Shown: positions 33,229 through 45,132 of the stretch, one piece after another
Layout of the letters: every line of letters starts with the position of its first letter
Numbering within the stretch: position 1 is the first letter of the stretch
The notes under the pieces: model-generated
Database searches by the model: none
Told to the model about the DNA's origin: nothing
Seen by the model: the letters and a program-made list of their open reading frames with translations, nothing else
Assembly (NCBI RefSeq): GCF_009914755.1
Contig: NC_060926.1
DNA length: 64,000 nucleotides
Direction: 5' to 3' (one strand)
Source: the human T2T-CHM13v2.0 reference genome, Homo sapiens
Translations under genes and position numbers: made by a program

Positions 33229-34251
33229 TTACAATTTGGCATGTTTTTGCAGTGGCTGGTACCGGTTGTTCCTTTCCATGTTTAGTGCTTCCTTCAGGAG
33301 CTCTTGTAAGGCAAGCCTGGTGGTGACAAAATCTCTCAGCATTTGCTTGTCTGTAAAGGATTTTATTTCTCCTTCACTTATGAAGCTTAGTTTGGCTGGA
33401 TATGAAATTCTGGGTTGAAAAGTCTTTTCTTTAAGAAGGTTGAATATTGGCCTCCACTCTATTTTGGCTTGTAGGGTTTCTGCTGAGAGGTCTGCTGTTA
33501 GTCTGATGGGCTCCCTTTGTAGGTAACCCGACCTTTCTCTCTGTCTGCCCTTAACATTTTTTCCTTCATTTCAACTTTGGTGAATCTGACAATTATGTGT
33601 CTTGGGGTTGCTCTTCTCGAGGAGTATCTTTGTGGCGTTCTCTGTATTTCCTGAATTTGAATGTTGGCCTGCCTTTCTAGGTTGGGGAAGTTCTCCTGTT
33701 TAATATCCCGCAGAGAGTTTTCCAACTTGGTTCCATTCTCCCCATCACTTTCAGGTACACCAATCAAACGTAGATTTGGTCTTTTCACATAGTCCCATAT
33801 TTCTTGGAGGCTTTGTTCATTTCTTTTTACTCTTTTTTCTCTAACCTTGTCTTCTCACTTCATTTCATTAATTTGATCTTCAGTCACAGATACCCTTTCT
33901 TCCACTTGATCGAATCGGCTTTTGAAGCTTGTGCATGCATCACAAAGTTCTCGTGCCATGGTTTTCAGCTCCATCAGGTCATTTAAGGTCTTCTCTACAC
34001 TGTTTATTTTAGTTAGCAATTCGTTAACCTTTTTTCAGGTTTTTAGCTTCCTTGCGATGGATTCGAACCTGCTCCTTTAGCTCAGAGAAGTTTGTTATTA
34101 CCGACCTTCTGAGGCCTACTTAGGTGAACTCGTCAAAGTCATTCTCCATCCAGCTTTGTTCCATTGCTGGAAAGGAGCTGCGATCCTTTGCAGGAGAAGA
34201 GGCACTCTAGGTTTTAGAATTTTCAGCTTTTCTGCTCTGGTTTCTCTCCAT
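33229..34251 (-). pseudogene. L1 ORF1p remnant (frameshifted)
   Basis: ATG at 34251, TAA at 33229-33231; fragment 33498..33788 reads KRPNLRLIGVPE...RRATPRHIIVRFTKVEMKEKML. Confidence 0.92.
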
Positions 34252-35286
34252 CTTTGTGGTTTTATCTACCTTTGGTCTTTGATGTTGGGGACCTACAGAT
34301 CAGGTTTTGGTGTGGATGTCCTTTTTGTTGATGTTGATGCTATACCTTTCTGTTTGTTAGTTTTCCTTCTAACAGTCAGGTCCCTCAGCTGCAGGTCTGT
34401 TGGAATTTGCTAGAGGTCCACTCCAGACCCTGTTTGCCTGGGTATCACCAGTGGAGGCTGCAGAACAGCAAATATTGCAGAACAGAAAATATTGCTGGCC
34501 TGATCCTTCCTCTGGAAGCTTCATCCCAGAGGGGCACCCGCCTATATGAGGTATCTCTTGGCCCCTACTGGGAAGTGTCTCCCAGTTAGGCTACACGGGA
34601 GTCAGGGACCCACTTGAGGAGGCAGTTTGTCCATTCTCAGAGCTCAAACACCATCCTGGGAGAACCATCGCAGTCTTCAGAGCTGTCAGACTCGGGCATT
34701 TAAGTCTGTAGAAGTTGTCTGCTGCCTTTTGTTCAGCTATGCCCTGACCACAGAGGTGGAGTCTATAGAGGTGTTAGGCCTTGCTGAGATGCGGTGGGCT
34801 CCACCCAGTTTGAGCTTCCTGGCTGCTTTGTTTACCTACTCAAGCCTCAGCAATCGCAGACGTCCCTTCCCCAGCCAGGCTGCCACCTCGCAGTTCAATC
34901 TCAGACTGCTGTGCTAGCAGTGGGGAAGGCTCCGTGGGCATGGAAACTGCCGAGCCAGGCACAGTAGAGAATCACCTTGTCTGCCGGTTGCTAAGACCTT
35001 TGGAAAAGTGCAGTATTTGGGTGAGAGTGTCCTATTTTTCCAGGTACAGTCTGTCACGTCTTCCCTTGGCTAGGAAAGGGAAATCCCCCGACCCCTTACA
35101 CTTTCCGGGTGAGGCAACGCCCCACTCTGCTTCAGCTCACCCTCCATGGGCTGCACTCACCTTCCAACCAGTCTCAATGAGATGAACCAGGTACCTCAGT
35201 TGGAAATGCAGAAATCACCCGTCTTCTGCGTCAATCACGCTGAGAACTGCAGACCAGAGCTGTTCCTATTTGGCCATCTTGGAACC
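34252..35286 (-). promoter_or_regulatory. L1 5'UTR internal promoter (sense on minus; antisense promoter would fire on plus)
   Basis: YY1 core 'ggccatctt' intact at 35272-35280; many CpGs decayed; activity cannot be judged from sequence. Confidence 0.6.
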
Positions 35287-37335
35287 GGTCTGAGTCTGTT
35301 TTAGCCAGATCAAGTACTTGGTAAGTTATTCTACAGTGTGAAGCAGTTTTCCTTTGGGTACTTGGTGTTTCATTATTATTTAGTTCTTTGTCCTTCCTTT
35401 TCTCTCTTTCTTCCTTATCACATAAAATGTATATAATTGCCTGCCATATCAATACTTCTTTTTTTAAAGTTTGGGTGGTTCTGTCTAGGCATTCTATTTG
35501 CTCTGATGTACAGAGGGTTATTTCTTGATTTTTTAAAACATTATATATGACAATTTTGTTTGCTCCTCAGAGCTATAGGTTGGTGCCTGAGTATCCTTGT
35601 GTTCTACTCATTCTTTTACACACCAAGAGAATAGTAACAGAAGGAGAAAGCTCAGCTGTGTTAGGTTATTTCCACTCTTTGTTAAAGAATTGAGCCCTGC
35701 TCATTTTCTGGAACTTTGTTGATGGTCCTGTGTCAAGACCTACTTGAGGGATATTTTCCTTTCTTGTGGAAATGTAGCCTTGGCTCCTTAGACCATAGAG
35801 CTGTGGAGCTTTCTTTTCTGTAGGGTCAGTCCCTATTTCATTCTCTTTTCCCCACCAGTATCTTCTCCCCCAGTTCCTCATTTGGAAGGAAAAAGATAAT
35901 GACTCAGTTAATTTCTTTTGAGGTTTCAGTTCATCAATTCAGAAGTACAACTTCCGGGGGTTTGGGCACAAGTAAAAGCAAGGCTGTGCACCCTCTCTGT
36001 TTCATTTCACAGTCTTCAGTATCTTTCCTTATTTTCCAGTTTTTGGAGTTTATGCATTAAGCATCCCCCCTTTTCCTGTTTTGTGGCTGCTAGTGACTTC
36101 TCCTCTAGCTTTTAGGTTTTATAATTTTTAAAAATTCCCCTCTCTTCCATGTTGTTAGATACTGGAAAGGGAAATACTGTGACTCGGTTTTAATCTGCAA
36201 TCTTAAAGTGAAGGCAGGATATGCCAAAAATTATATTCAAGAAATACAACAGATAATTTAGTTGTAAATTCCATATCATAACCAGTTAAAAGGGAGGGAG
36301 TTGGAACGAGAAATATGATGAGAATTTGAGAGACTATAATAAAAAAATCAAGAGAATAAAAGAATAACAGAGAAGAGAGTGAAATAATTTAAAAAGAGGA
36401 AAATTCAGTTGGTTCTGATGATGCTTTGGTTGGTAGTATCATCTTTTTAGACTGAGGGCATTGGTGTTGGTAATGCATTATCACTGTGCTTTGAAAATCT
36501 GGTAGGCTTTTCAACTTTTGAAAAACGATCCTTCCTGTTCTGGGAAATAATTTGGTTGTTTTTATTCTAAAACTTTAAAGTTTATGTTTGAAATAAAGTC
36601 TTATTTTTCTATGTAACCTTGAAATCTTTACAGATGTTTGAAGCAGTGACTTGGATTTTAAAATTTATTTTGTAATCTGAGATTCATTGACCGATGTGCC
36701 AACTATTCTGAAAGTTCCTGCTCTCCTGTATCACAGACTGTAGCATTAGAGAGTACTAAGAAAGCAGTGAACAGCTAAACATTGGGAGGGAGGAAATGGT
36801 TAGGGTGGTAATGGAATCAGAATCAGGGAGAGAAGTGGGATCAGATACTGGGTGCAGGGAAAAGGTGGGGTTGGGGACCCAAATGGCTTGAAAACATCTA
36901 CTAAGGGATTTTATGGAAACTGCACAAAGAAGAAAGTCAAGTGTCTAGGTAAAAGTCAGCAGCCAGTAGAGCCACAGAGAACAAGAAAAATGTGGACTGA
37001 AAATCCGTGCGTATTAAGAAGGAGTGAAACCTGAGATGGCTTGTTTTCTGTCAACTTTATTCTATCTTAACTATGGGAAGTATCAGCTGTGAGATAGAAA
37101 ACTTGCAATAATAAGATATGATACTTCTGGCTGTGTGGATAGAGACAGAGAAACAGAGAGGGAAAGAGAGAGAAGGAGAATGCACATCTTATTCCTTTGA
37201 TGTCACCAAACTGTCTGACATATTTCCCTTCTCTGACATGGTAGGTGTGTCTCAAGATTACATTCATTTTGAATCAGCATTTATGAATATTTGATTTTTA
37301 AAATTTTCTTTTTGAATTTAGTGTTTGAGATTGAA

Positions 37336-37490
37336 TTTAAAGCTATATTGAGGTAAAACTTCCAAACAACCAATAAACTTTACTCATTTAAAAAATGCAA
37401 TTTGATGAGTTTTGGCAAATGTGTATTCCTGTGAAACCAACACAATCAAGATACCATATGTTGCCATCAAGACATGGAACATTTCTACCT
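37336..37490 (-). mobile_element. L1ME/MD-type 3' end fragment
   Basis: 'tatattgaggtaaaa...caatttgatgagttttggcaaatgtgta...acaatcaagata'. Confidence 0.7.
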
Positions 37491-38215
37491 GCTTTGTAAC
37501 TTATTTCTTTTTCTACATCCTTCTCAATGTATTTTTTAACTACTCCTAATATTGTGGTAACAAGATATGCCTGGGATTTGAAAAAAATGGAAAAACATGT
37601 TTGGCAATTTAAACATATTAATCACAGTTGTTTTCACGTTTGTGCCTGATAATTTTAATATCTGAATTAGTTTTGTCTTTTTCCCTCTGGTTTTTCAGAC
37701 AGTAGTCTGATATTATGGTTTGTTTTGTAAATTTTGATTGAGTCCAGACATTATATGTGAGAAAATTAAAGTGACAAGTTGAAAGTGGAGGCTCACAATA
37801 AGGTTTCCTTCCTCCAGTGAGGGTTTAGAACAGAAAGTGATCAGCTTAATCCAGTTTGGCACCATTCTGATTTGAAGCAAGGTTTTGGTATTACTAAGGG
37901 CCAGTCTATTTCTAGTTTCACCTTTATTCCTAAGGTGAAGCCCTTCAGAGGTCTTTTCTGAAAGCTGGGTTTATTGATTTATCCAGGATCTTCCATCCTG
38001 GTGAGCTCTGAAGTTCTATTATTTGTCTCCCATTCTTTTGAAGTTCTGAAAGTGCTATTTATCTTCTCAATGTCTCTACCAATGCTTATGAAATGACAAA
38101 TGCCTTGGGTGAAAAGTATCACTGATTGTCTGATTCACCTCAATATTCTTCTCTTCTTTTTAAAATCTTGGCCCTTCAAGTCCTGGCTGCCTTGGTAGCT
38201 CTCTGATTACTTCAA

Positions 38216-38217
<2 letters not shown>

Positions 38218-38263
<46 letters not shown>
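38218..38263. repeat. (CA)n microsatellite, ~23 units
   Basis: Read directly. Confidence 0.98.
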
Positions 38264-38266
<3 letters not shown>

Positions 38267-38822
38267 AACTGTTTTCTCTTTTTGTATTTTCTTAATATGT
38301 GCTTCATTATTTCATTATCAATCCAGTTATCCAAACTAGGAATCTGGGTATCATCTTTCATTCCTCCTTCATTGTCTGTATACAAGTAATCACCAAATTC
38401 TATTTTACCATCTAAATATTTCTCTAATCTCTCCCCTCCCCTATATCTCTACTACTAGGTTACTATTTCAATTTGGAACTCAAAATTTACTTTCTTTGAG
38501 AAACAATGTTCTAAACAATTGGTAAATTCTCAGGCAAGTCTACAAAAGTCATTACCTATTTGAAATGCTGTCACCGCATGAGCCATAAACTCTCCCAACT
38601 CCAAGTTCTGAGGGCTCTTGATCTCTGAGTCTCATATCTTTTCTAAGTCTAGAATTCTAAGATCCAGCCCAAATGTAAATACCATGAGCCAGTTGGATGA
38701 ATGAATAAAGGGAAAGAAAGGGATAAGAACTTAATGTAAACACCGGTAATATGAAGGAAAATCTGGCTGAGGAAGCGCAAAATAAAGCATGAGTACTCTA
38801 GCTTTCAGAAAGGGTTCTTGGC

Positions 38823-38948
38823 TAGGGTTGTCAGATAAAATACATGTAACATTTGGGACATACTTATAATAAAAATTATTCATTATTTATATAAAATGCA
38901 AATTTAACTGGGCATTCTTAATTCTGTTTGCTAGATCTGTCAATCCTA
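38823..38948. mobile_element. MER53 with internal deletion
   Basis: Terminal inverted repeats 'tagggttgtcagat' / 'atctgtcaatccta'; core 'atttgggacatacttat...aaatttaactgggcat'. Confidence 0.8.
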
Positions 38949-40000
38949 TACTAAGCTGAAAAAGCAGGATTAAGACCCTAAAGTGTGTAGAGAGTATATA
39001 GATAAGAACATAGATATAGATAGATAGTTGGCAAGTGAAAAATTTTTTTAATGCAGGAGCTTTATAGACTAACATGGTGCACAGATATGACCAAAACTGA
39101 GTCTTCAGTTGCCACATTGTAATTTTGAATGTATGGGGGCATCTTGGCATTTCTAAGAAATAATGCTGCAGGTGACATCAGCAAGATGGTAGAATGGGCA
39201 TAGTCAATGGATGAGTAGTCAACCTTCATCCCTCCCACAGAAACACTAATTTTGCCAATCACCCACAGGTGAGAGAACCTTTGTGGGAGCGCAGAAGTCC
39301 AGCAGAGAGACCCTAGCACTTTATTTGGACCAAAAAATAAATAATAAATAAATAAATAAATAAATCCAAAACTAGATGCATTAAAGAAGGTAAGAACAGT
39401 TTTACTTTACCTGTGTCACCCCTCCCCCAGTGTGGCACAGATCAGTGCCAAGAGAGACCGCTTCAGCCCAGTTTCTTCCACAGGGGAAAATGAGAACAGT
39501 GAGTGCCTAATTTCCTCAGCTGTAGGATGCTGTAGAAGAGACCCACTTCTGCCTCACCCATTTGAGAACCCTGAGGGAATCAGTATGGCTGAATAATCTG
39601 GGGGTAGCTAGGAGCAGGGAAAAGGGGCAGCACTCACAGCAACCTGAGTATGGAATTCAGCAAAGAGCCACAGTTTCTATTAACTACCTCCCAAATTCCA
39701 TCAAGAGGGCCAGCCACAAACTACATAGGATGCATAATCTGCAGATCCCCTGACTAGCCCATGTGTGCTTCCAACCTTCTGCATGCCCTTCCCCCATGTA
39801 GCTGGCACCCTGAATGCACCCCCATGGATAGCATGTACAAGCTTCTGCAGATTGTGCATGAGAACATGAAGATAACTAACTTGATTCAGGATTGGAAGGA
39901 AGTGACTAATCTTGAATTTTTCAAGGCACTTCCTAGGGAAGATAAACAGGAGGCTTACATTGCACCTGGCCTGACTTTTGCAAGATCAAGAGAAGGAATA

Positions 40001-40386
40001 TGCTGTAATTTGAATGAAAATTTAACATTTAAAATTTATGTTGAAGCTGAATACTCAATGCAATAGTACTAAGAAGTCTAACCTTTGGGAGGTGATTAAG
40101 TCATGATGACTCTTCTCACTTGAATGGGATGAGCACTCATAAAAGATGTCAAGGTTTATGGGAGTTCTCTTTTGCCCTTCCATCCCTTCTGCCAGGTTAG
40201 ACTTCTCCTATGGAGAATGCAGCAAGAAAATACCATCTTGAAGCAGAGAGCAGCGCTCATCAGGCATCAGTCCTTCTGGAGCCTTGATCTTGGACCTCCC
40301 AGCTCCAAAATAATAAGTAATAAATTGTTATTGCTTATAAATTACACAGTCTCAGGTATTTTGTTACAGCACCACAGAATAAGACA
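40001..40386 (+). mobile_element. MaLR solo LTR (MSTD/MLT1A1-like) nested in the L1MA 5' region
   Basis: 'tgctgtaatttgaatg...gggaggtgattaagtcatga...ccttgatcttggacctcccagctcca...taagaca'. Confidence 0.85.
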
Positions 40387-41680
40387 ACATATTAATATAA
40401 TCTTGACACTTGTCTACCCCACTCAAGAGGGAACAAGGGAAGTGGAGCATATGCATCTGTAGAAAAGTTCTGAGAGACCACCAGAATCCCTATTTAAGCT
40501 GACTAATGAAAGTCTTTCTCTTTTGAAAATAGTCAGTAAAGATTGGAAGAGGTAACTCCTTTTTCAAATGCGAAGATAGTAGTGAAAGACTTCAAAGAAT
40601 GCAAAAAATCAAGGACACATGACTTCACTAAAGGAACACGATAATATATCAGTAACCATCCCAAAGAAATGGAGATCTATAAATTGCCTGATGAAGGATT
40701 CAAAATAATTGTTCTAAGGAACCCCAGCAAACTACAAGAGAAAACAGACAACTCAGTGAACTCAGAAAAAATACATGAACAAAATTAGAAGTTCAATAAA
40801 GTGATAGAAATTATAAAAAAGATACAAGCAGAAATTCTGGAACTGAATAATATAATTAAATGAAAAATTCAATAGAGAGCTTCAGACGCAGACTTAAGCA
40901 GAAGAAAAAATCTCTGAGCACAGACAGATTAGATAAAATTATCCAGTTAAAGGAGAAAAAATAACAATAAAGAGTGAAGCCGATTAGATTTATCGGACTT
41001 CATCAAATAAATGAATTAATATATACATTATGAAAGAGAGATAGAAAAAGGGGACAAAAGCTTACTTAAAGAAAAAATGGCTGAAAACTTCCCAAATCTT
41101 GAGAGGGATATGAACATCTTGGTTCATGAAGCTCAAAAATCCACAGACAGGAAAACCCAAAGAAGATTATAATGAGACACATCACATTATAACAAAATTA
41201 TCAAAAGTCAAAGCCAGAATTTTGAAAGCAGCAAGAGAGAAGCAGATTGCAACATTCAAGGGAACCTCCACAAGGCTATGAGTAGATATCTCAGCAGAAA
41301 CCCTGCAGGGCAGGAGAGAGTAGGATGAAATATTCAAAATGCTAAAGGTGGAAAAAAAAAAAACCCCTGCCAATCAAGAATACTATACCTGGCAAACCTG
41401 TCCTTCAGAACTGAAGGAGAGATAGACTTTCCCAGGCAAACAAAAGCTGGGCTTCCTCAGCTTTGCTACTACACTCGCCTTACAAGAAATGCGAAAAGGA
41501 GTTAAGTTTAAAGAAAAGGATGCTAATTAGTAACACAAAAACATAAAAGTGTTCATATGTTTACTCACTGGTTAAAGTAAGTTGATAGTCAAATTTAGAA
41601 TGCTGTAAGATTGCAATGGTGGTATATAAATCACTTTTCTAGTACAAAAGAAGACAAAGTATTAAAAATTCAGTTGACCT

Positions 41681-42159
41681 ATTGTCCGAAGAAATTGCTC
41701 TATAAAGAGGAAGTGCCTCCTTATATTCAAACAAAATAAAACAAAAGCTTAGACAACCATTCAGAAATATAGTCTGATAGAACAGAAAGTCTTAGACAGG
41801 GAGGCCTGGTTCTGTCTTTTTCCCCTGCTAGATACTGTTTTCCTATATTGGATGAGTTCTTTAACTTTCCTTGTCTGTTTTCCCATGCATAAAAGAAAGG
41901 AAAAGATTCAGAAGATGGGTGCATTCTGGGGTCTTGTTAAAATGCAGGCTCTGACTCAGAAGGTCTAGGGTGGGTCCCAGATTCTACATTGCCAATAAAC
42001 TCCCAGGTGATGCTGGTCCATACTTAGGTTAATACTACTACATATTCATCCCATTCCTAAAGGAGATTGATCATACACAAATCATGGCATCAATAATCCT
42101 GGCTGATAAAAAATTCGGGACAAAGAAAAGTTGTATTCATTCAATAAAGGCAATATTAC
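41681..42159 (+). other. TSD-flanked retroposed non-L1 segment (probable orphan 3' transduction or 3'-end retrocopy) containing MIR and MER5A fragments
   Basis: Flanked by 'aaaat(t/g)cagttgacct' at 41665-41680 and 42160-42175; insertion site tt/aaaaa; AATAAA at 42143-42148. Confidence 0.7.
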
Positions 42160-42165
42160 AAAATG

Positions 42166-42653
42166 CAGTTGACCTTTGGAGAATGCAGAGGTTAAGGGCA
42201 CTAACTCTTCCCCCATGTTGTCAAAAATTTGCATATAATTTTTGACTCCCCCAAAACTTAACTACTAATAGCCTACTGTTGACTGAAAGCTTTACTGATA
42301 AACAATTGATTAACACATATTTTATATTTTATGTGTATTATATACTGCATTCTTACAATAAAGTAAGCTAGAAAAAAGAAAATGTTAATAAAAAAATCAT
42401 AAGAAAGAGAAACTATATTTACTATTCATTAAGTAAAAGTGTGTCAGCATAAATGTCTTTTCATCCTTGTTGTCTTCATGTTGAGTAGCCTAAGGAGGAG
42501 GAGGAAGAAGAGAGGTTGGTCTTGGTGTCTTAGAGGTGGGAGAGGAGAAAGAGGTGGAAGAGGCAGGCACACTTGGTGTTACTTTTATTGAAAAAAAATC
42601 CTCATTTAAGTAGACCTATGCAGTCCAAATTTGTGTTGTTCAAGGGGCAATTT
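42166..42653. mobile_element. Tigger2a (MER28)-like TcMar-Tigger element
   Basis: 'cagttgacc...tttgactcccccaaaacttaactactaatagcctactgttgac...gtgttgttcaaggggcaatt'. Confidence 0.88.
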
Positions 42654-44815
42654 TAACTATATAGCTATAATAGGTTAACAGATACACAATATAAAAAGAT
42701 GGAAATTTTGACATCACTAACATAAAATAGGTGGGGTGGAGAAGTAAAAGTGTAGAGCTTTTGAATGCATTTGGAGTTTAAATTATCAGCTTAAAATAGA
42801 CTTAAAACTATAAGATGTTCTATGTAAGTTTCATGGTGACCGCCCCGCCTCCCCACACACACACAGGCTCTAATATATACACAAAAGACAGAGAAAAAGG
42901 AATTAAAGCATACCTCTACAAAATATAATCAAAACAAAAAGAAAGCAAGAGAAGAAATAATTGAAGGAAAACAAAGAAATAATTAACTAAATGGCATTAG
43001 TAAGTCTTGTCTATCAATAATTATTTTAAGTGTAAACAAATTAAATTCTCCAGTCAAAAGACATAGAGTGGCTACATAGATTTTTTTTTTTTTAAAATCC
43101 AAGAATATGCTACCTACAAGCAACTCACTTTAGCCTTAAGAACACATATAGGCTGAAAATGAAGGAATGAAAAAGGTATTTCATGCAAAAGACAGCAGGG
43201 ATGACTGTACTTATATTAGTCAAAGTAGACTTAAATCATAACTGTCGCAAGAGACAAAGGTTATTATTTAATATATAGTGATCAAAAGGTCAAGTTATAA
43301 AGAGACTATAACAATTGTAAATATATATGCACCCAACATCAGAGCATGTTCTAAGTATATAAAGCAACATTAACAGAACTGAAAGGTGAGGTAGACAGCA
43401 ATGTAATAACAGCGATTTCAATACTCCGTTTTCAACAACTTCCAACACTTATCAAGACTGAATCATTAAGAAATAGAAATAGAAATAGAAAATCTGAACA
43501 GGCCAATAATGAGCAAGGATATTGAATCAGTAATTTAAAAAAAGTCTCCCAACAAAGGAAAGCACAGGACCAGATGGTTTCACAGATGAATTCTACCAAA
43601 CATTTAAAGAAGAATTAAAACTAAGCCTTCTCAAACTCTTCACAAAATTGAAGAGGAGGAAACACTTCCAAACTCATTTTATAAGGCCAGCATTACTCTG
43701 ATTCCAAAGCCAGAAAAGGATGCTACAAGAGAAGAAAATTACAGGCCAATATCCCTGACAAACATAGATTCAAAAAGTCTCAACAAAATATGAGCAAACC
43801 AATTCAGCAGCATATTAAAAAAGCATACATACCATGATCAAGTGAGATTTATTCCTGGAATGCAAGGTTGGTCCAACATACAAAAATCAATCAATGTAAT
43901 ATAACACATTAACAGAATGAAGAATAAAAATCATATGATCATCTCAATAAATGCAGAAAAAGCATTTGACAAAATTCAACATCCTTTCATGATAAAAACC
44001 CAACAAATTAGGTATAGAAGTAATGTACTTCAGCATAATAAAGGCCACATATGACAAGCCCACAGCTAAAATAATATGGATTAAAATCAATACGGATTAA
44101 AGACTTAAATATAAGACCTGAAACCATGAAACTATTAGAAGAAAATATAGGACCAAAGCTTCTTGACATTGGTCTGGGCAATAATTTTTTTTATATGACC
44201 CCAAATGCACAGGCAACAAAAGCAAAAATAGACAAGTGGGATTGCATCAAACTAAAAAGCTTCTGCGCAGCAAAGGAAACAATCAACAGAGTGAAGAGAC
44301 AATCAATCTATGCAATGGTAGAAAACATTTGCAAACCACATATCTGGTAAAGCCTTAATATTCAAAATATATAAGAAACACAAACAATAGTAAAAAAAAA
44401 AAAAACCTAGATAACTTGGTTTTAAAAATGGGCAAAAGACCTTTATAGACATTTCTCATTCAAAGACAAGCCAAGAGATGGAAACAACCTATGTGTATGT
44501 CAGTGGATAAATTGATAAAGTATGCTGTGTGTATATAAATATATATCCCATACTTTATATGGTGTGTGTGTGTACATATACACACATACATATATATATA
44601 CATATATATACACACATATATAAAATGGAATATTATTCAACCTTTAAAAAGAAGGAAATCCTGCCATTTACTAAAACATGGATGAATCTGTAGGATATTA
44701 TGCTAAGTGAAATAAGCCAGACACAGAAGGACAAATGCTGTATGATCTCACTTATATGTGGAATTTTTAAAAGTTGAACTAAGAAAAGCAGAGAGTAGAA
44801 TGGTGATTCCCAGGG

Positions 44816-45132
44816 TGTAAGGACAATGGCTGCATTGCAGTCAAGTATAGGCCGAGGTACACATCTGGCACAGCATGACACAGTGGGATTGGAGTGCAGA
44901 CATGCAACCCCATGCGTTATATAATCATAGCTATGTAGCCATAACATGGGAAGTTTCATCACCTGGCTCTGAGCCACTGTTGTCTGCGAGGTGCATAAAT
45001 GCAGCACCAACAGTGTCAGCGAGCTGCTGAATAAAGCCATGTCTCACCTACCTGTGGCCTCTCGAGTGTTCTTTCAGCTACCTGCCACCCCAGCGAATCC
45101 CCTCAGACCTCATCTTGGACTGGAACCTAATA
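44816..45132 (+). mobile_element. LTR18-family (ERVL) solo LTR nested in the L1MA 3'UTR
   Basis: 'tgtaaggacaatggctgc...taggccgaggta...gagccactgttgtctg...taaagccatgtc...ctcgagtgttctttcagctacc'; 5-bp TSD caggg at 44811-44815 and 45133-45137. Confidence 0.85.

Noticed and set aside
38823-38948. MER53 as a miR-1302-like precursor
   Set aside because: Most of one arm is deleted, so the long hairpin needed cannot form
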